Shown: positions 51,186-62,801 of the stretch, piece after piece
Position numbering within the stretch: position 1 is the stretch's first letter
Layout: every line of letters starts with the position of its first letter
Assembly (NCBI GenBank): GCA_963695875.1
Contig: CAVOID010000003.1
Coordinates: 1 to 64,000, forward strand
Length of the DNA: 64,000 nucleotides
Reading direction: 5' to 3'
DNA from: an uncultured delta proteobacterium
GTDB lineage: Bacteria > Desulfobacterota > Syntrophia > Syntrophales > UBA2185
Made by a program: the position numbers and the translations under genes
Notes under the pieces: model-generated
The model's input: the letters and a program-made list of their open reading frames with translations, nothing else
What the model was told of the DNA's origin: nothing
Databases searched by the model: none

Positions 51186-51246
51186 TTCATTCCTGCGAAG
51201 AGTCGATCCAATAAAAGCCCCGGATCCTCGCCTCCGCGGGAATGGA
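51186..51246. repeat. Degenerate REP-like inverted repeat pair
   Basis: TTCATTCCTGCGAAG...GATCCA / GGATC...CTCCGCGGGAATGGA. Confidence 0.6.
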
Positions 51247-51298
51247 TTCTTGACCGCGGGGGGAAGAACAACTGGAAGCATGGGAGAATTTGTTCATT

Positions 51299-52243
51299 AT
51301 GGAGAAGGATAGGGCTGCTGTTGTATTTCCGGGTCAGGGGGCGCAACGACCCGGAATGGGAAAAGATTTCTATGACAATGTTCCTGCAAGCCGCGAAGTT
51401 TACGAAGAGGCTTCGCAAGCGTTGGGGTGGGATATTGCCGCCATGTGTTTCGGGGATGATGAACGCCTCAACCTGACGGAGTTCACCCAGCCATGCATTC
51501 TGACGACGGAATTTGCCATGCTCCGCGCCATGCAGACCCTTTTCGGATTTTTACCGGTACTCTTCGGCGGTCACAGCCTTGGTGAATTTACCGCCCTAGT
51601 TGCTGCTGGTGCCCTTCCCCTATCCGAGGCAGTACAGATCGTCCAGATTCGTGGTCGGTTGATGCAGGAGGCCGTCCCAGTCGGCATCGGGGCTATGGCG
51701 GCGGTTATTTCCGATAATATAGATATAGAATTAGTCTGCCTGGCATTGAAGGATCTCCCAATTGACGTTGCGAATATCAATTCGGCCAATCAGGTAGTGA
51801 TAAGTGGTGAGGCCGGGGCAATGCCAGAGGCAGAGACCAGACTTCAGGAGGGACTAGCTAAGAATGGACCGTTTCGTTTTATACTGCTCAACGTAAGCGC
51901 GCCTTTCCATAGTCGTTTCATGAGTACAATCGTAGAGCCGTTTGGAGATACGCTACGGACGGTCGGGAAGAAAATGGATCACGAAAGGTCAATAACGGTA
52001 ACCTCTAATTTCAGGGGAGGATTTCATTCCGGCCTTTACGAAGACCTTATTAACAACCTAGTGTCCCAGTTGAATCACTCCGTCCTTTGGGTAAATAATA
52101 TGAAGAGCCTTGCTTCTCCGACGAGTGCTATTTACGAGGTTGGCCCTGGTCGCCCTCTGCGCGACTTTTTCAAGACAATCAACGTAAGCTGTACATCGAT
52201 TACAACTCTCTCAACGGCTGAGCGAACATTTATAAAACCATGA
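51299..52243 (+). CDS. fabD: Malonyl-CoA:ACP transacylase
   Basis: VFPGQGAQ, TQP, GHSLGE, RGRLMQ, ANINSANQVVISG, VSAPFHS, EVGPG. Confidence 0.93.
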   Translation: MEKDRAAVVFPGQGAQRPGMGKDFYDNVPASREVYEEASQALGWDIAAMCFGDDERLNLTEFTQPCILTTEFAMLRAMQTLFGFLPVLFGGHSLGEFTALVAAGALPLSEAVQIVQIRGRLMQEAVPVGIGAMAAVISDNIDIELVCLALKDLPIDVANINSANQVVISGEAGAMPEAETRLQEGLAKNGPFRFILLNVSAPFHSRFMSTIVEPFGDTLRTVGKKMDHERSITVTSNFRGGFHSGLYEDLINNLVSQLNHSVLWVNNMKSLASPTSAIYEVGPGRPLRDFFKTINVSCTSITTLSTAERTFIKP

Positions 52244-53100
52244 GAAGACCAATCTTTAGCGTTCTCATCGTGCTGTTTCTATCAGCAGGTGCACTTTCTT
52301 TCGTTTCCGGCGGGTTCCCCTTTCTAATCGGATGTGTCGCGTCTGGACATGCAACTTCTCAAGATAAAGGTCTAAACCTCTTACCCATAGACACGACGGG
52401 AACAACTCTTCACAGAATACAGGTGGTCAATGTTTACCCCCATGATCCCGAAGCATACACACAAGGGCTTGTATTCCATGAGGGATTTTTTTACGAAGGG
52501 ACGGGGCTCATGGGACACTCGACCATCCGCAAAGTCGAGTTGAAGACAGGAAAGGTTCTAAAGAGTCATCGCCTAGCTGTTACATACTTCGGCGAGGGGA
52601 TTGCTATATTCGGCAACAAGCTGATCCAACTTACATGGCAGTCGCATACCGGGTTTATCTATGACCTTCAATCTTTCCGTCTCCTGGGAACATTTTCCTA
52701 TCCAACCGAAGGCTGGGGAATCACCTGTGACGGCAAACACCTCATTATGAGCGATGGCACTGCGATATTGTACTTCCTCGATCCCCAGACATATAAAATA
52801 ATGAAACAGATAGAGGTACGGGATCGAGGTAACATTTTACAGAATATTAACGAGCTTGAATATATTAAAGGTGAGATTTATGCCAATGTTTGGGGTACGG
52901 CATACATCGTTCGAATTTCGCCGAGGACAGGGCAGGTACTTGGCTGGGTCGATCTCAGAGGTTTATACCAATATGTTGGTGCGGGCAGAAAGATGGATGT
53001 ATTGAACGGTATTGCCTATGATGCAAAGAATGACCGGCTGTTTGTAACGGGTAAATACTGGCCAAGTATCTTCGAGATCCGTTTAGAGGCTTCGAAATAG
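52240..53100 (+). CDS. Glutaminyl-peptide cyclotransferase
   Basis: YPHDPEAYTQGL, FGEG, LTW, EGWG, NELE, VLNGIAYD, VTGKYWP. Confidence 0.93.
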   Translation: MRRPIFSVLIVLFLSAGALSFVSGGFPFLIGCVASGHATSQDKGLNLLPIDTTGTTLHRIQVVNVYPHDPEAYTQGLVFHEGFFYEGTGLMGHSTIRKVELKTGKVLKSHRLAVTYFGEGIAIFGNKLIQLTWQSHTGFIYDLQSFRLLGTFSYPTEGWGITCDGKHLIMSDGTAILYFLDPQTYKIMKQIEVRDRGNILQNINELEYIKGEIYANVWGTAYIVRISPRTGQVLGWVDLRGLYQYVGAGRKMDVLNGIAYDAKNDRLFVTGKYWPSIFEIRLEASK

Positions 53101-53109
53101 GCGGTAATC

Positions 53110-53796
53110 TTATAGCAGAGGGGATGTCCAACCCTTTTCCCGGTCCTGACTTTCCTGATCTTCCCTCGTGTCATCCTCAATTTGTTTTCGCGTCCTCTCA
53201 AAGGTTTCATCATCCAGGTGAGCGGGGACTATTAAGGGATCACCCCACCTGACAAAGATTGTACTAAAAGGTTTTGGAATAAGAGTGCGATCCCAGCTAT
53301 TCAACACCCAGGCTCTATTGACGGAAAGGTACGCCGGGAAGATCGGCACACCTGATAATTGAGACATTACAACAATGCCCGGCTTCACGACTCCTTTGGG
53401 TCCTCTTGGTCCATCAAGCACATGTACAGCGAATGGATTTTGAGAAAGGTCTGCGATGATCGCAGCCAGGGCCTCCCTGCCTCCTCGTGAGCTCGATCCC
53501 CTGACCGGTCTAAAATTAAAACGGCTGTATACGTCAGCAATCATATCACCATCACGGCTCTGACTTATCATGACGGAAGGCTTGTAGGCGCGAAACCTCT
53601 TGGCATAGCCTAATGCCAGAATAATACGCTGATGCCAGATTGCGCCTATGACCGTCTGGTCACTTTTGAACCGGTTCATAACCAGATCTTCATTAATGGT
53701 CCTGATTCTTATCGAAGAAAAGTATATGCGAATGAGATAATAGGCAAAGGGAATCAGGCCAAATTTTATAGCAAACCGCGAAAGATGCTTGATCAT
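53110..53796 (-). CDS. DUF374 lysophospholipid acyltransferase family protein
   Basis: IWH, SQSRDGD, RGSSSRGG, DGPRGP, SWD...PKPFS. Confidence 0.88.
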   Translation of the reverse strand: MIKHLSRFAIKFGLIPFAYYLIRIYFSSIRIRTINEDLVMNRFKSDQTVIGAIWHQRIILALGYAKRFRAYKPSVMISQSRDGDMIADVYSRFNFRPVRGSSSRGGREALAAIIADLSQNPFAVHVLDGPRGPKGVVKPGIVVMSQLSGVPIFPAYLSVNRAWVLNSWDRTLIPKPFSTIFVRWGDPLIVPAHLDDETFERTRKQIEDDTREDQESQDREKGWTSPLL

Positions 53797-53808
53797 GTGA
53801 CCAGTTTT

Positions 53809-54876
53809 TCAACCTCTATTTACGTAAATGTGATTTGAAAATATCCAGGGCAGGTATTTACCAAAGATCTTCAAATAGGCTTCGACCCTATACACCCCCT
53901 GCTGGCTGATGTTGCACGTCATATTATGTGTGATCTCCTCCCTGTAGAGGGCCCCATTTCTGATGATGCGGATCTTTGCAGTCGCAGGAAGCATCGTGGT
54001 GAGGCGGGTCTCACCGTCAAGCATAAATTCATCACCCATGGTCGCACCCCGGCTGTTATCCTGCAAAATGAAGGAGAATCCCTTTGCTTCACGGTAATAT
54101 TCTTGGGCCACATATACCCGTCCCCGCTTAAGTGCAGAGATCAGTAATTCAATATCCCTTGCATCATCTCTGGTAAAAGGTTTTTCTGTTATCACGTGTG
54201 TCCTCACCAATTTAAAGGCCTTCGTAAAGGGAAAAACAGAGAAATTAAAACCAATTATTTTTTTCATGGTGTCGTGATTATCGAGTTCGCCGATACCGAC
54301 GACCCTGGAGTTCCGGCTTAGTTGATCCCAGCGTTGAAGTGTTTCCTTTTTTGGTCCTCTGAGGAAAAAGGCAGGAAAGATAAAACTGAAAAGGGAATTG
54401 ATGTATCCGTTCAGCGTACTCTGCCAGTCTGTCATGAAGTCCCATATACCTATGCCCGTGTAACCGGTCACTGTCCAGTTTGACCAGGGGTAATGTTTCA
54501 CGTGAAACAATTTTGTCCCTCCGTGGTCAGGGTGAGCAACAAAACCTATCCCCCCTTGTGCTTGAACCTGATTCATGTATATCTGGGGATCAATATTCAA
54601 TTCGTCCTCGTTAACGATTATCGGTGTATTAATCTGGAAGGCCAGATAATGGTTGAAGCGGGGAGCAATCTCCTGCCCAATGACGAGCAGAGTATTTCCA
54701 TGCCAGCCTTCAAAACCTTCTTCCCTTGCCCGCAGGTTGGAGTGGTCCGTGAGCATGATAAAATCGATGCCATTACTCCTTGCCGCTTCCAAAATATCCG
54801 GCACGGAGACTCGACCGTCAAACGAGTAAACGGAGTGGACATGAATGACACCCGTATAGTCGTATAGGTTCAACAT
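53809..54876 (-). CDS. PHP-domain metallohydrolase (CehA/McbA-like)
   Basis: HVHSVYSFDG, LTDH, GQEI, NHYL, AHP, DNH. Confidence 0.85.
   Translation of the reverse strand: MLNLYDYTGVIHVHSVYSFDGRVSVPDILEAARSNGIDFIMLTDHSNLRAREEGFEGWHGNTLLVIGQEIAPRFNHYLAFQINTPIIVNEDELNIDPQIYMNQVQAQGGIGFVAHPDHGGTKLFHVKHYPWSNWTVTGYTGIGIWDFMTDWQSTLNGYINSLFSFIFPAFFLRGPKKETLQRWDQLSRNSRVVGIGELDNHDTMKKIIGFNFSVFPFTKAFKLVRTHVITEKPFTRDDARDIELLISALKRGRVYVAQEYYREAKGFSFILQDNSRGATMGDEFMLDGETRLTTMLPATAKIRIIRNGALYREEITHNMTCNISQQGVYRVEAYLKIFGKYLPWIFSNHIYVNRG
54494..54509. other. parS: parS centromere-like site
   Basis: Perfect 16-bp palindrome TGTTTCACGTGAAACA matching the canonical ParB site. Confidence 0.85.
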
Positions 54877-55554
54877 AAAGACTTTATCGGTTTAATAGAC
54901 TGTGTGTAAAGTGGGCAGACATCACATCGGGGATCGCTGTTGCAAAAAAATTTCCCGGTATTAACGAGGAGGGCATGATACTGATTGTACAGAGGGACAC
55001 TTTTAGGAAGGTGGGTCATGAAAAGACTCTGAATCTCTTCATAAGTCGCATCCCTCTGAATAATATCATGTCTCTGTAAAATCCTTCTGGTGTACGCATC
55101 AATGATGAATATAGGCTTGTTTCCCGCATAAAGAAGGATGCTATCGGCTGTTTCCTCACCAATTCCCTTGACTTTGAGCAGTTTCGCTCTCAGGTACCAG
55201 AGGTCTTCGGCAAACATATTATCCAGGTCGCCATTATACTCTTCATAGAGAAACCGTATAAATGACTTCAACCTCTGGGTCTTGATGTTATAATATCCCG
55301 CCGGCCTGATAAGGTCAGCGAGTATTCGGTCATCTATCTTTAATAGTCCCTCCGGGACAAAGGATCCCTTCCGATTTCAGTTGTGATATGGCGCGTTCGA
55401 CATTCCGCCATGCCGTATTCTGCGTGAGTATTGCGCCGACAATCACCTCGAAAGGAGAATCACCCGGCCACCAGTGGAGGTCACCAAAATGAGCATTCAG
55501 CGTTTCATAGATCGCAAGCAGATGTTGGCCCCTATTCATACAGAAATCCGGCAT
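54870..55554 (-). CDS. Endonuclease III-related HhH-GPD protein (frameshift near 55355)
   Basis: WWPGDSPFEVIVGAILTQNTAW; second part IRPAGYYNIK, KGIGEETADSILLYA, DAYTRR, CX5CX2C. Confidence 0.88.
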
Positions 55555-55577
55555 ATTCCTTCATATAGGGGTTCTAA

Positions 55578-57056
55578 TTACTTACGCAGGCTTACAAAAT
55601 ATGTTGCCTTACCTCGTTTTATTAAAAGAAGGACGCTCTTTTTTGCACCTTTTTTCGATATTTCCCTCAGGTAATCTTTCAAGGAGGAAATTTTCACTTT
55701 ATTTACCTGCAGAATGATATCCTGGGGCTGGATACCTACCTCATCGGCCGGGCTTCCGTCTTTGACATCAACAACAATCACGCCACTCTTGCTGGCAATT
55801 CCGAGATATTGGGCAATCTCAGGTGTGATATCCTGTACGATCATCCCGAAGTTTTCCGACGACTCTCTGGCCGAGGCTATTTCCGGTTGATCCTTTCTCT
55901 CTGTTACGACAATATAAAAAGTCTTTTCCTGTCCATCCCGCAGGACCTTAACCTCAATCTTATCCCCGACATGAAAAGAGGCTATTGTGAGCAACAATTC
56001 ATGGGTATCTTTTATTTTTTTCCCGTTCACCTCTGTGATAAGATCGCCCGCTTTCAGACCAGCCTTGTCGGCTGGGTCTCCCTTGAATACTTCTGATACC
56101 AGTGCACCACCTGTATCTTTAAGTTTAAGATTCTTGGCGATTTCATCTGTAACGTCCTGGACAGAAACGCCCAGCCAGCCACGGGTGACTTTTCCTTTTG
56201 ATTTTAGGTCAGGCAATATGGTTTTGGCCATATTAATCGGTATAGCAAACCCGATACCCTGCCCCTGGGCCACGATTGCCGTATTAATGCCTATTACCTT
56301 ACCCTCCATATTGAATAGAGGCCCACCGCTATTCCCGGGATTGATTGAGGCATCAGTTTGAATGAAATTATCATAGGGACCAGCGCCTATGACTCTGCCT
56401 TTGGCACTGACAATACCTGCAGTTACCGTCTGCTCAAGACCAAATGGATTACCAATGGCGATCACCCAGTCGCCGACACGCAGTTTTTCGGAATCGCCTG
56501 TTTCAACTACGGAGAGGCTTTCTCCCGGTTTAATTTTTATTAGCGCAAGATCTGTTTTTGCATCCTTGCCAATGACCTTGGCCTCATACTCCTTTCCTGT
56601 CGAAAGTTTAACCAGAATCTTGTCAGCCTGTTCAACGACATGACTATTTGTAAAAATGTAGCCGTCATGACTGATGATAAAACCGGATCCGAGGCTTCTC
56701 TGTTTGAATTCTCTCTTGGGTATATCACCAAAGAATCTTTCAAAAAAATCATCTCCCCAGAAGTATCGGTCAAACGGTGACTCGCCAAAAGGTGATCTAA
56801 ATTGGTTTCCACTACCGGCCCGTATTGTTTTCGTGGTACTGATATTTACTACAGACGGTTTCAATTTTTCAGCCAGGTCAGCAAATGAGGCTGGTGCACG
56901 AGGCGGTTCCGCTGATGAAACCGCAGGTACTGTTTGAATATTATACCCAACAGGAACAAAAGACGACCTCAACACCTCCACGAGAGAAACGACAAAAGAC
57001 GCTATCAGAAAAGCCAGTAGAAACATTATAAAGGTTTTTCTGTTCTTATTTTCCAT
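55578..57056 (-). CDS. Do/DegP/DegQ serine endoprotease with two PDZ domains
   Basis: SLGSGFII, TNSHV, DLAL, QTDASINPGNSGGPL, two PDZ domains. Confidence 0.95.
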   Translation of the reverse strand: MENKNRKTFIMFLLAFLIASFVVSLVEVLRSSFVPVGYNIQTVPAVSSAEPPRAPASFADLAEKLKPSVVNISTTKTIRAGSGNQFRSPFGESPFDRYFWGDDFFERFFGDIPKREFKQRSLGSGFIISHDGYIFTNSHVVEQADKILVKLSTGKEYEAKVIGKDAKTDLALIKIKPGESLSVVETGDSEKLRVGDWVIAIGNPFGLEQTVTAGIVSAKGRVIGAGPYDNFIQTDASINPGNSGGPLFNMEGKVIGINTAIVAQGQGIGFAIPINMAKTILPDLKSKGKVTRGWLGVSVQDVTDEIAKNLKLKDTGGALVSEVFKGDPADKAGLKAGDLITEVNGKKIKDTHELLLTIASFHVGDKIEVKVLRDGQEKTFYIVVTERKDQPEIASARESSENFGMIVQDITPEIAQYLGIASKSGVIVVDVKDGSPADEVGIQPQDIILQVNKVKISSLKDYLREISKKGAKKSVLLLIKRGKATYFVSLRK

Positions 57057-57180
57057 CTTTATTTATTAACCTCCTTTGGGTTCATATACTTCGCCTTAAA
57101 ACACTACTGTGGAATTATCATATGAATTTACAAAATACCATCATTTTTCATTCATGGACTCAATAATTCCAACGCGGAGC

Positions 57181-60100
57181 TTAGTGGATTCGTCTCCTGC
57201 CTGATTTCCTCATGTTCTCGTGTATTCTCAATGCTTGTAATAGAAATACTTCCAGTTTTGCTGTTATTACCTGTGGGAAGAGGTTCCCGTCGCTTTCAAT
57301 AGCCAGAAAGGGAAGTTCGGTACCCATCTCTCTCGACAATATGGCCTCTGAGAGACGATTGGGCATACACCCGAAAGGACCGATAGCTATGACCCCGCAG
57401 TAATGGTGGGGGATTTCCGTTATAGCTGCCCCAATAGTTAATACTGCCTCACCTGTAAGGCTTGGATTGATCAACTGGCTAACGTTACTGATCAAATGCT
57501 CGACATCATCAAGCCTGTATTGGAATAAATTCGACCTCTCCATGATTTTCTTGAACGTTTTCTCATATCTCCTCATCCATGTTGATCTCAACAAAAGGGA
57601 GACCCGTTCCCGGAGGTTGGGTACAGCAGCCGATAAACCCTTTTTAAAGCACCAGTCAGTATAATAAACCCACTCCATCACGCTGGAAACCTTGGTTGTA
57701 AATCCCTGCTCAGCTAGTTTCTCAACAAGGAATTGTCTGGAAAGATCATCATGTCGGACAAAGATTTCCCCTGTGAGTAAAATTGACGGAGTATCATGCA
57801 CATGTCTCTTTACCGGTATCTTTTGAAGATTATCGGCTGCCTTCGCGAGGACCTTTAGAAGATCTTTAAAATTCGGGGATCGTTCAAATATCTCAATGAG
57901 TTTTTTCGATTCCTTATTATGAATTTCCAGAGCCGCATCCTTGTCCACGGCGTTTGTCAGGATAACTGAATAAATATCCTGCATCATATCAGCTACCACA
58001 AGGCATGACCACAGTTTCAAGGTGAGTTCATTGCCAAGCTCATTGTAACTGTTTTCTCCTTGGAGGGAGAATACAGCAACATCTTCTATCCCATTCCTGG
58101 CAATAAGCTGACTAATGAAAGGAGAGTATTGGCCGAACCGACACGGTCCTGAAGCAGTGGGCATGAAGTAGACTAAGAGTTCGTCCGAACTATCCCTCTC
58201 TTTCAAATATTTAAGGAGACTGCCTACTGTAAGTAATAGAGGTAAGCACTCCTTACAGCTGGTGTTTCCCCTTCCGATCTTGAGGGCTTCATCATCTGCG
58301 GGTAGAAGTACCGATGAGCGGATGCCTATCGATCTGAAAACGGCAGAGGTCGCATCGTTCAGGAAACGTCCCATGGAAGGAATGACGAGATGTATCTGCG
58401 GGTGATGAAGAGGGTACCCTTTCCCTTTTGAATCAATGAATTCTTGTTTCTTGTAATCAAAGGACGCCGCTTTTTGTAAAGGATGATGTGTAGCAGAAGA
58501 ATCTTTTTGCCATTTACACAATTCCCTGTAATTTTTGATGATATCCATGAAGGCCTCGATTCTCGTTTCCAGTCCTGCATCGGCCACGTGAGAATCCAAT
58601 TCAAGTATTAGAAATGGTTTTTTCCCCATTATATTACGAAAGTACCCCACAAGGAAAGAATCCGGTCCACAGGAAAAATTAGTAATGTAACATCCAAAGA
58701 GTTGGGGATGCCTTTCTATGAACGTCGATCCTTTGAGAATAGACTGCCCTGTTGACCAGTACATAGTATCCTGGATCGGCTCTCCTTCTAAAGGAAGGAA
58801 ATTAAAGGGGATCACGGGTACCCCCCTCGACGCAAATTTATGAGGAATCCCCATATTAGCCTCTGATACAAAGGCATTGTAAGATCTCCCAAAGAGGACC
58901 ACAGCGGACTGGTCAGGATTTTTTTCAAGCTCATGTAAAAAACGTAAACCGGCTTCCTTCATTTCTTTTTGAGTATCTATCTGAACTTTGACCGCTTCAG
59001 AAAATGCCTTGCGAGCTACTCCCTTCCGGCAGCCAAGCTTCCTTGCCGTGGATATGAAAGCATCTTCTGCCATCTCATACCCTTCAGAAAAGTCAATAAC
59101 GGGAGTTATAATTTTACTATTTTCCTTTAGTTTTCTGAACATCTCAAGATCCTGAAAGGCACTTGATAGATAATAGGGTTCACCTTGTGACAAGGGGCAG
59201 GTTGTGCTTCGCTTGTCCCAGTTTTCCACTTGTGTACCTTTTACCTGGGGAAGAAAAATATAATCCGGCTTCTTTTTTAATAGGTTGAGGAGGAAGCCAT
59301 GTGAAATTTCTGCGGGATAGCAAAATGGAGCTCTCTGACGATCAACACCTTCCTGTTCTGAAAGGTCCGAGATTAGTATACGAAAACCAATCCGCGAAAA
59401 AAAATGGTAGTACAACGGATAATATGTATTTACTAAAAAAGATTTATTGATCCCGATAGTTTTCGAATTTGCTTCAACTCCAAGTTCTTCCGGTCGGGGA
59501 ATATACTTATGAAAAGAAAGATTCTCATGCATTTGGACAAGATTCAGATTCTCTGTATCAATTTTAATATTAAAACGTTGATTATACCATCGGTTACAGG
59601 CACCACCAAACGGGTATGTTTTTCCTTCTATTTTTATCCTTGCAATTTCACACTTCCGATCACACTTTTCTTTTCCACCATTACATGCAAACGGTTCCCC
59701 GTGTTCAATGGTCCTGTCTCTTAATTGTTTAAGAGAATATTCTTTTTCCTCTAAGAGTTTTAGCTGCAACATACGCTTTACTTCCAGCGCAACGCCGAAG
59801 GCACCCATCAGTCCGGGTTCCGGTGGAACAACAATTCGCTTTCCTGTCAGGACCGCCATGGCCATTGGCACCGCTTTGTTATAACAGACGCCTCCCTGCA
59901 TAAATATATTGTTGCCCACAGGTCTGTTTCCCTTGACCCGATTGTCATAGTTCATGCAAATGGAATATACGAGTCCGGCTACAATATCTTCTCTCGTCGT
60001 GCCTTCATGAGAGGCGTTCTTTATATCGCTGCTGATAAAAGCCGCACACTGATCATTGAAGTTTGGAGGGCTTTTACCCTGAATCGCTATGCGGCCGATG

Positions 60101-61456
60101 TCCTCCATTTCGATCCCCATTGATTCTTTTGCAGCTTCCTCCAGAAAAGAGCCCTGTACCAGCGCTGCAGGCATCATTCATTGCGTAGTCTGAAGGTACT
60201 CCATTTTTGATATAGGTATATTTGGCATCCTGGCCGCCGATCTCGAATATTGTGTCCACCGTCTTATCAAAAAAGAGTGCCCCGGTAGCATGGGCAATAA
60301 TTTCATTTACTATACCGCGTGTCATGGCATGCAATCCGGCTATCTGCCTGCCCGAACCAGTTACACCCACGCCGACTATTTTTATTTTATCTCCGAGTTC
60401 ACCCAGCCGAGTATAAAGATCAGCATAACATTCTCTTGATGCCTGAACAGGATTACCTTCAGTCCGCAGATATACGGAAGCTAATACTTTATCATCTGTT
60501 AGTCTGAGGGTTACAGCCTTTGTAGTTGTTGATCCCACATCAAGTCCTATTACACAACGCTCATTTTCCTTGGCTATCCCTCTCTCCGCTGTTTTAAAGT
60601 CGACTATAACGGCAGAATTGTTCAAAGGTGGCAGGAAGAAAAAAGAATTCTCCCCTCTTTTGAAGAGCTTTTTCTTTTCCGGTAAATTTATCGTTTCGTG
60701 ATCAAGAGCCCACAACGCAGATCCCAGGGCTTCGAAGTAAGGAGCTTCTTTCGGGACGATTAAGTTTTTTATCTCTTTTTGAAGATAGCTGACCATTACG
60801 GGATTTTGTGCGGTTCCCCCTATAATCATAATGTTATTTCTGGGAATCTGCTTGATAATTTCGAGGATTTTGCCGGCCATCATCTTGCACAGCCCCGCAG
60901 CTATCCTTCCCTTTGGCACCCCTTTGTTCGTCGCATGCGTACAATCACTTTTGCAAAATACACTGCAGCGTCCTGATACCTTATATGGTTTTTCTTCGTA
61001 AGCATAATGAATTGCATCGCTTATGGATAAACCAATTCTCCTGAGTTGCTGAATAAAAAATTCTCCCGTTCCAGATGCGCATTTATTCCCAGTTTGAACC
61101 GAGCAGATTCTTCCATCTTTTCCTAGGACATAAACCATGAAAGTTTCCCCCCCGGCGCTGATGATGGCGTCGAGGTCCGGTCGATCGCCATTTAAATGAG
61201 CAAGCGCAGCTTCAACCGCTTCCGGTTCTGAAATAGATGAAAGATTTACTGTATTTCTGAATTTCCTACCGGTCACGGCTATTTTGTCATAGCCATCCAC
61301 GCCTATATTTATAAGGGTTTCAAGGAGGGTTCCCCGGGGGTTGCCGTTGTGAGGTCTGATCTGTACGGATGTCTTATGAACTTGATCCTTTTCATCTCTT
61401 TCAATACCGACGGCCGATAATGTCGATGCACCTATACAAATACCAAGACTTTTCAA
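57181..61456 (-). CDS. Acyl-CoA dehydratase activase (two BadF/HgdC ATPase modules) fused to DUF2229/HgdB-like domains (frameshift near 60150)
   Basis: KCASGTG, GRCSVF, GLDVGSTTTK, EIGGQDAK, ACSAGTG|SFLEE, FSCGPD, GPCRFGQY, PFGCMP across ORFs 60074-61456 and 57181-60177. Confidence 0.88.
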
Positions 61457-61503
61457 CGTTTTACCCTCGTATAATTGTATCGGTTATCGGAACATCGATT
61501 TAA

Positions 61504-61612
61504 TGTCATTTCGACCGAAGGATGTTAATTCAATCCACACTCCCCGATCAGGTTAGAAACAAGGGGAAATCTTTACTACATTTATAAAATTTTCGCTTTA
61601 CTCAAAATGTCA
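61504..61612. repeat. Degenerate REP-like element
   Basis: TGTCATTTCGACCGAAG...GGGAAATCT...AAATTTTCGC...TCAAAATGTCA imperfect inverted ends. Confidence 0.45.
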
Positions 61613-61738
61613 GCGTTTAAAGCTAGTTTTTTAAACGGTCTTTTAGTTACATGACTCTTTTCTTAGTATATATCGCATTGTCTTTTTGTCAATAATGACT
61701 ATTTCGCCAAAATCTCAAGTTGTACATTCTCAGATACC

Positions 61739-62608
61739 TTAATCACCCAGTACAAGCGGCTTTTGAAGTCTTCTACTCCCAGAATAAAATATGTTCTTTT
61801 CATTATTTTCTCGTTTGACAGGATTCGTCAACTGACCTATTTTTTCTATGTCTATGGTTACAATGTCGCCATCTTGAAGGTATAGCGGGGGTTGTCGTGT
61901 AAAACCGACACCCTCCGGCGTACCGGTCAAAATAACCGTGCCAGGCAGCAACGTCATAGATCTTGAAAGATCACTCACGATTGCAGGGATATCGAAAATC
62001 ATGTCGGAGGTATCAGAATCTTGGACGGTGTTACCGTTCAATATCGTGCGAATACGAAGATGTTGGGGATCCGGAATTTCATCTCGCGTGACTAGATAAG
62101 GTCCCAAAGGGCAGAATGTGTCAAAGCTCTTCCCTCTGGCCCACTGCTTCTTTTGTTTTTCAATCTGCCAGTCCCGGGCACTGACATCATTGGCACAAGT
62201 GTAGCCTAGAATACAGTCCATTGCTTCAGAGGGCGGGATATTTTTAACCTTCCTTCCAATGATAACGGCAAGCTCAGCCTCATAATCAACATTTTCCGGG
62301 CCTGCTTCAGGAAGGAGAATAGGTGACATATGTCCAACTACACTGGTAGTCGCTTTAATAAAAACTATCGGAATTTCGGGATATGACACGTTTGTTTCGT
62401 CAGCATGTTTCCTGTAGTTGAGCCCCAGTGCCAAGATATTGCATGGAGAAACAGGTGGCAAAATACTATGAATTTTAGCCAATTTCGAAGTGACTTCAAA
62501 ATCTTCAAATATGTCTCCCCGAATTACCAGAGCCTGATTTGGGAGTTCCGGTTCATATAGTCCGCAAATTTCTTGATTTTCCCCGGTAAGGAAGCGAATG
62601 AGTTTCAT
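61739..62608 (-). CDS. Fumarylacetoacetate hydrolase family protein
   Basis: GLNYRKH, DYEAEL, ANDVSARDWQ, GKSFDTFCPLGP, TGTPEGVG. Confidence 0.93.
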   Translation of the reverse strand: MKLIRFLTGENQEICGLYEPELPNQALVIRGDIFEDFEVTSKLAKIHSILPPVSPCNILALGLNYRKHADETNVSYPEIPIVFIKATTSVVGHMSPILLPEAGPENVDYEAELAVIIGRKVKNIPPSEAMDCILGYTCANDVSARDWQIEKQKKQWARGKSFDTFCPLGPYLVTRDEIPDPQHLRIRTILNGNTVQDSDTSDMIFDIPAIVSDLSRSMTLLPGTVILTGTPEGVGFTRQPPLYLQDGDIVTIDIEKIGQLTNPVKRENNEKNIFYSGSRRLQKPLVLGD

Positions 62609-62801
62609 AATCTATCTCCTGAAGTATCTTAATAATTTTTCCTTCTCCAAAATATTCAGAAAAGGATTTTTTAATATTCTATAGTAGCATTATTTCCTTC
62701 AATTTTAGAACAAAGACAATATTTGCGCTTCCATTTACATTATGTTAGCATTCATTGCAATTATAATAGAGAATTTTACAATTACTGAAGAAGTCAAACG
62801 C

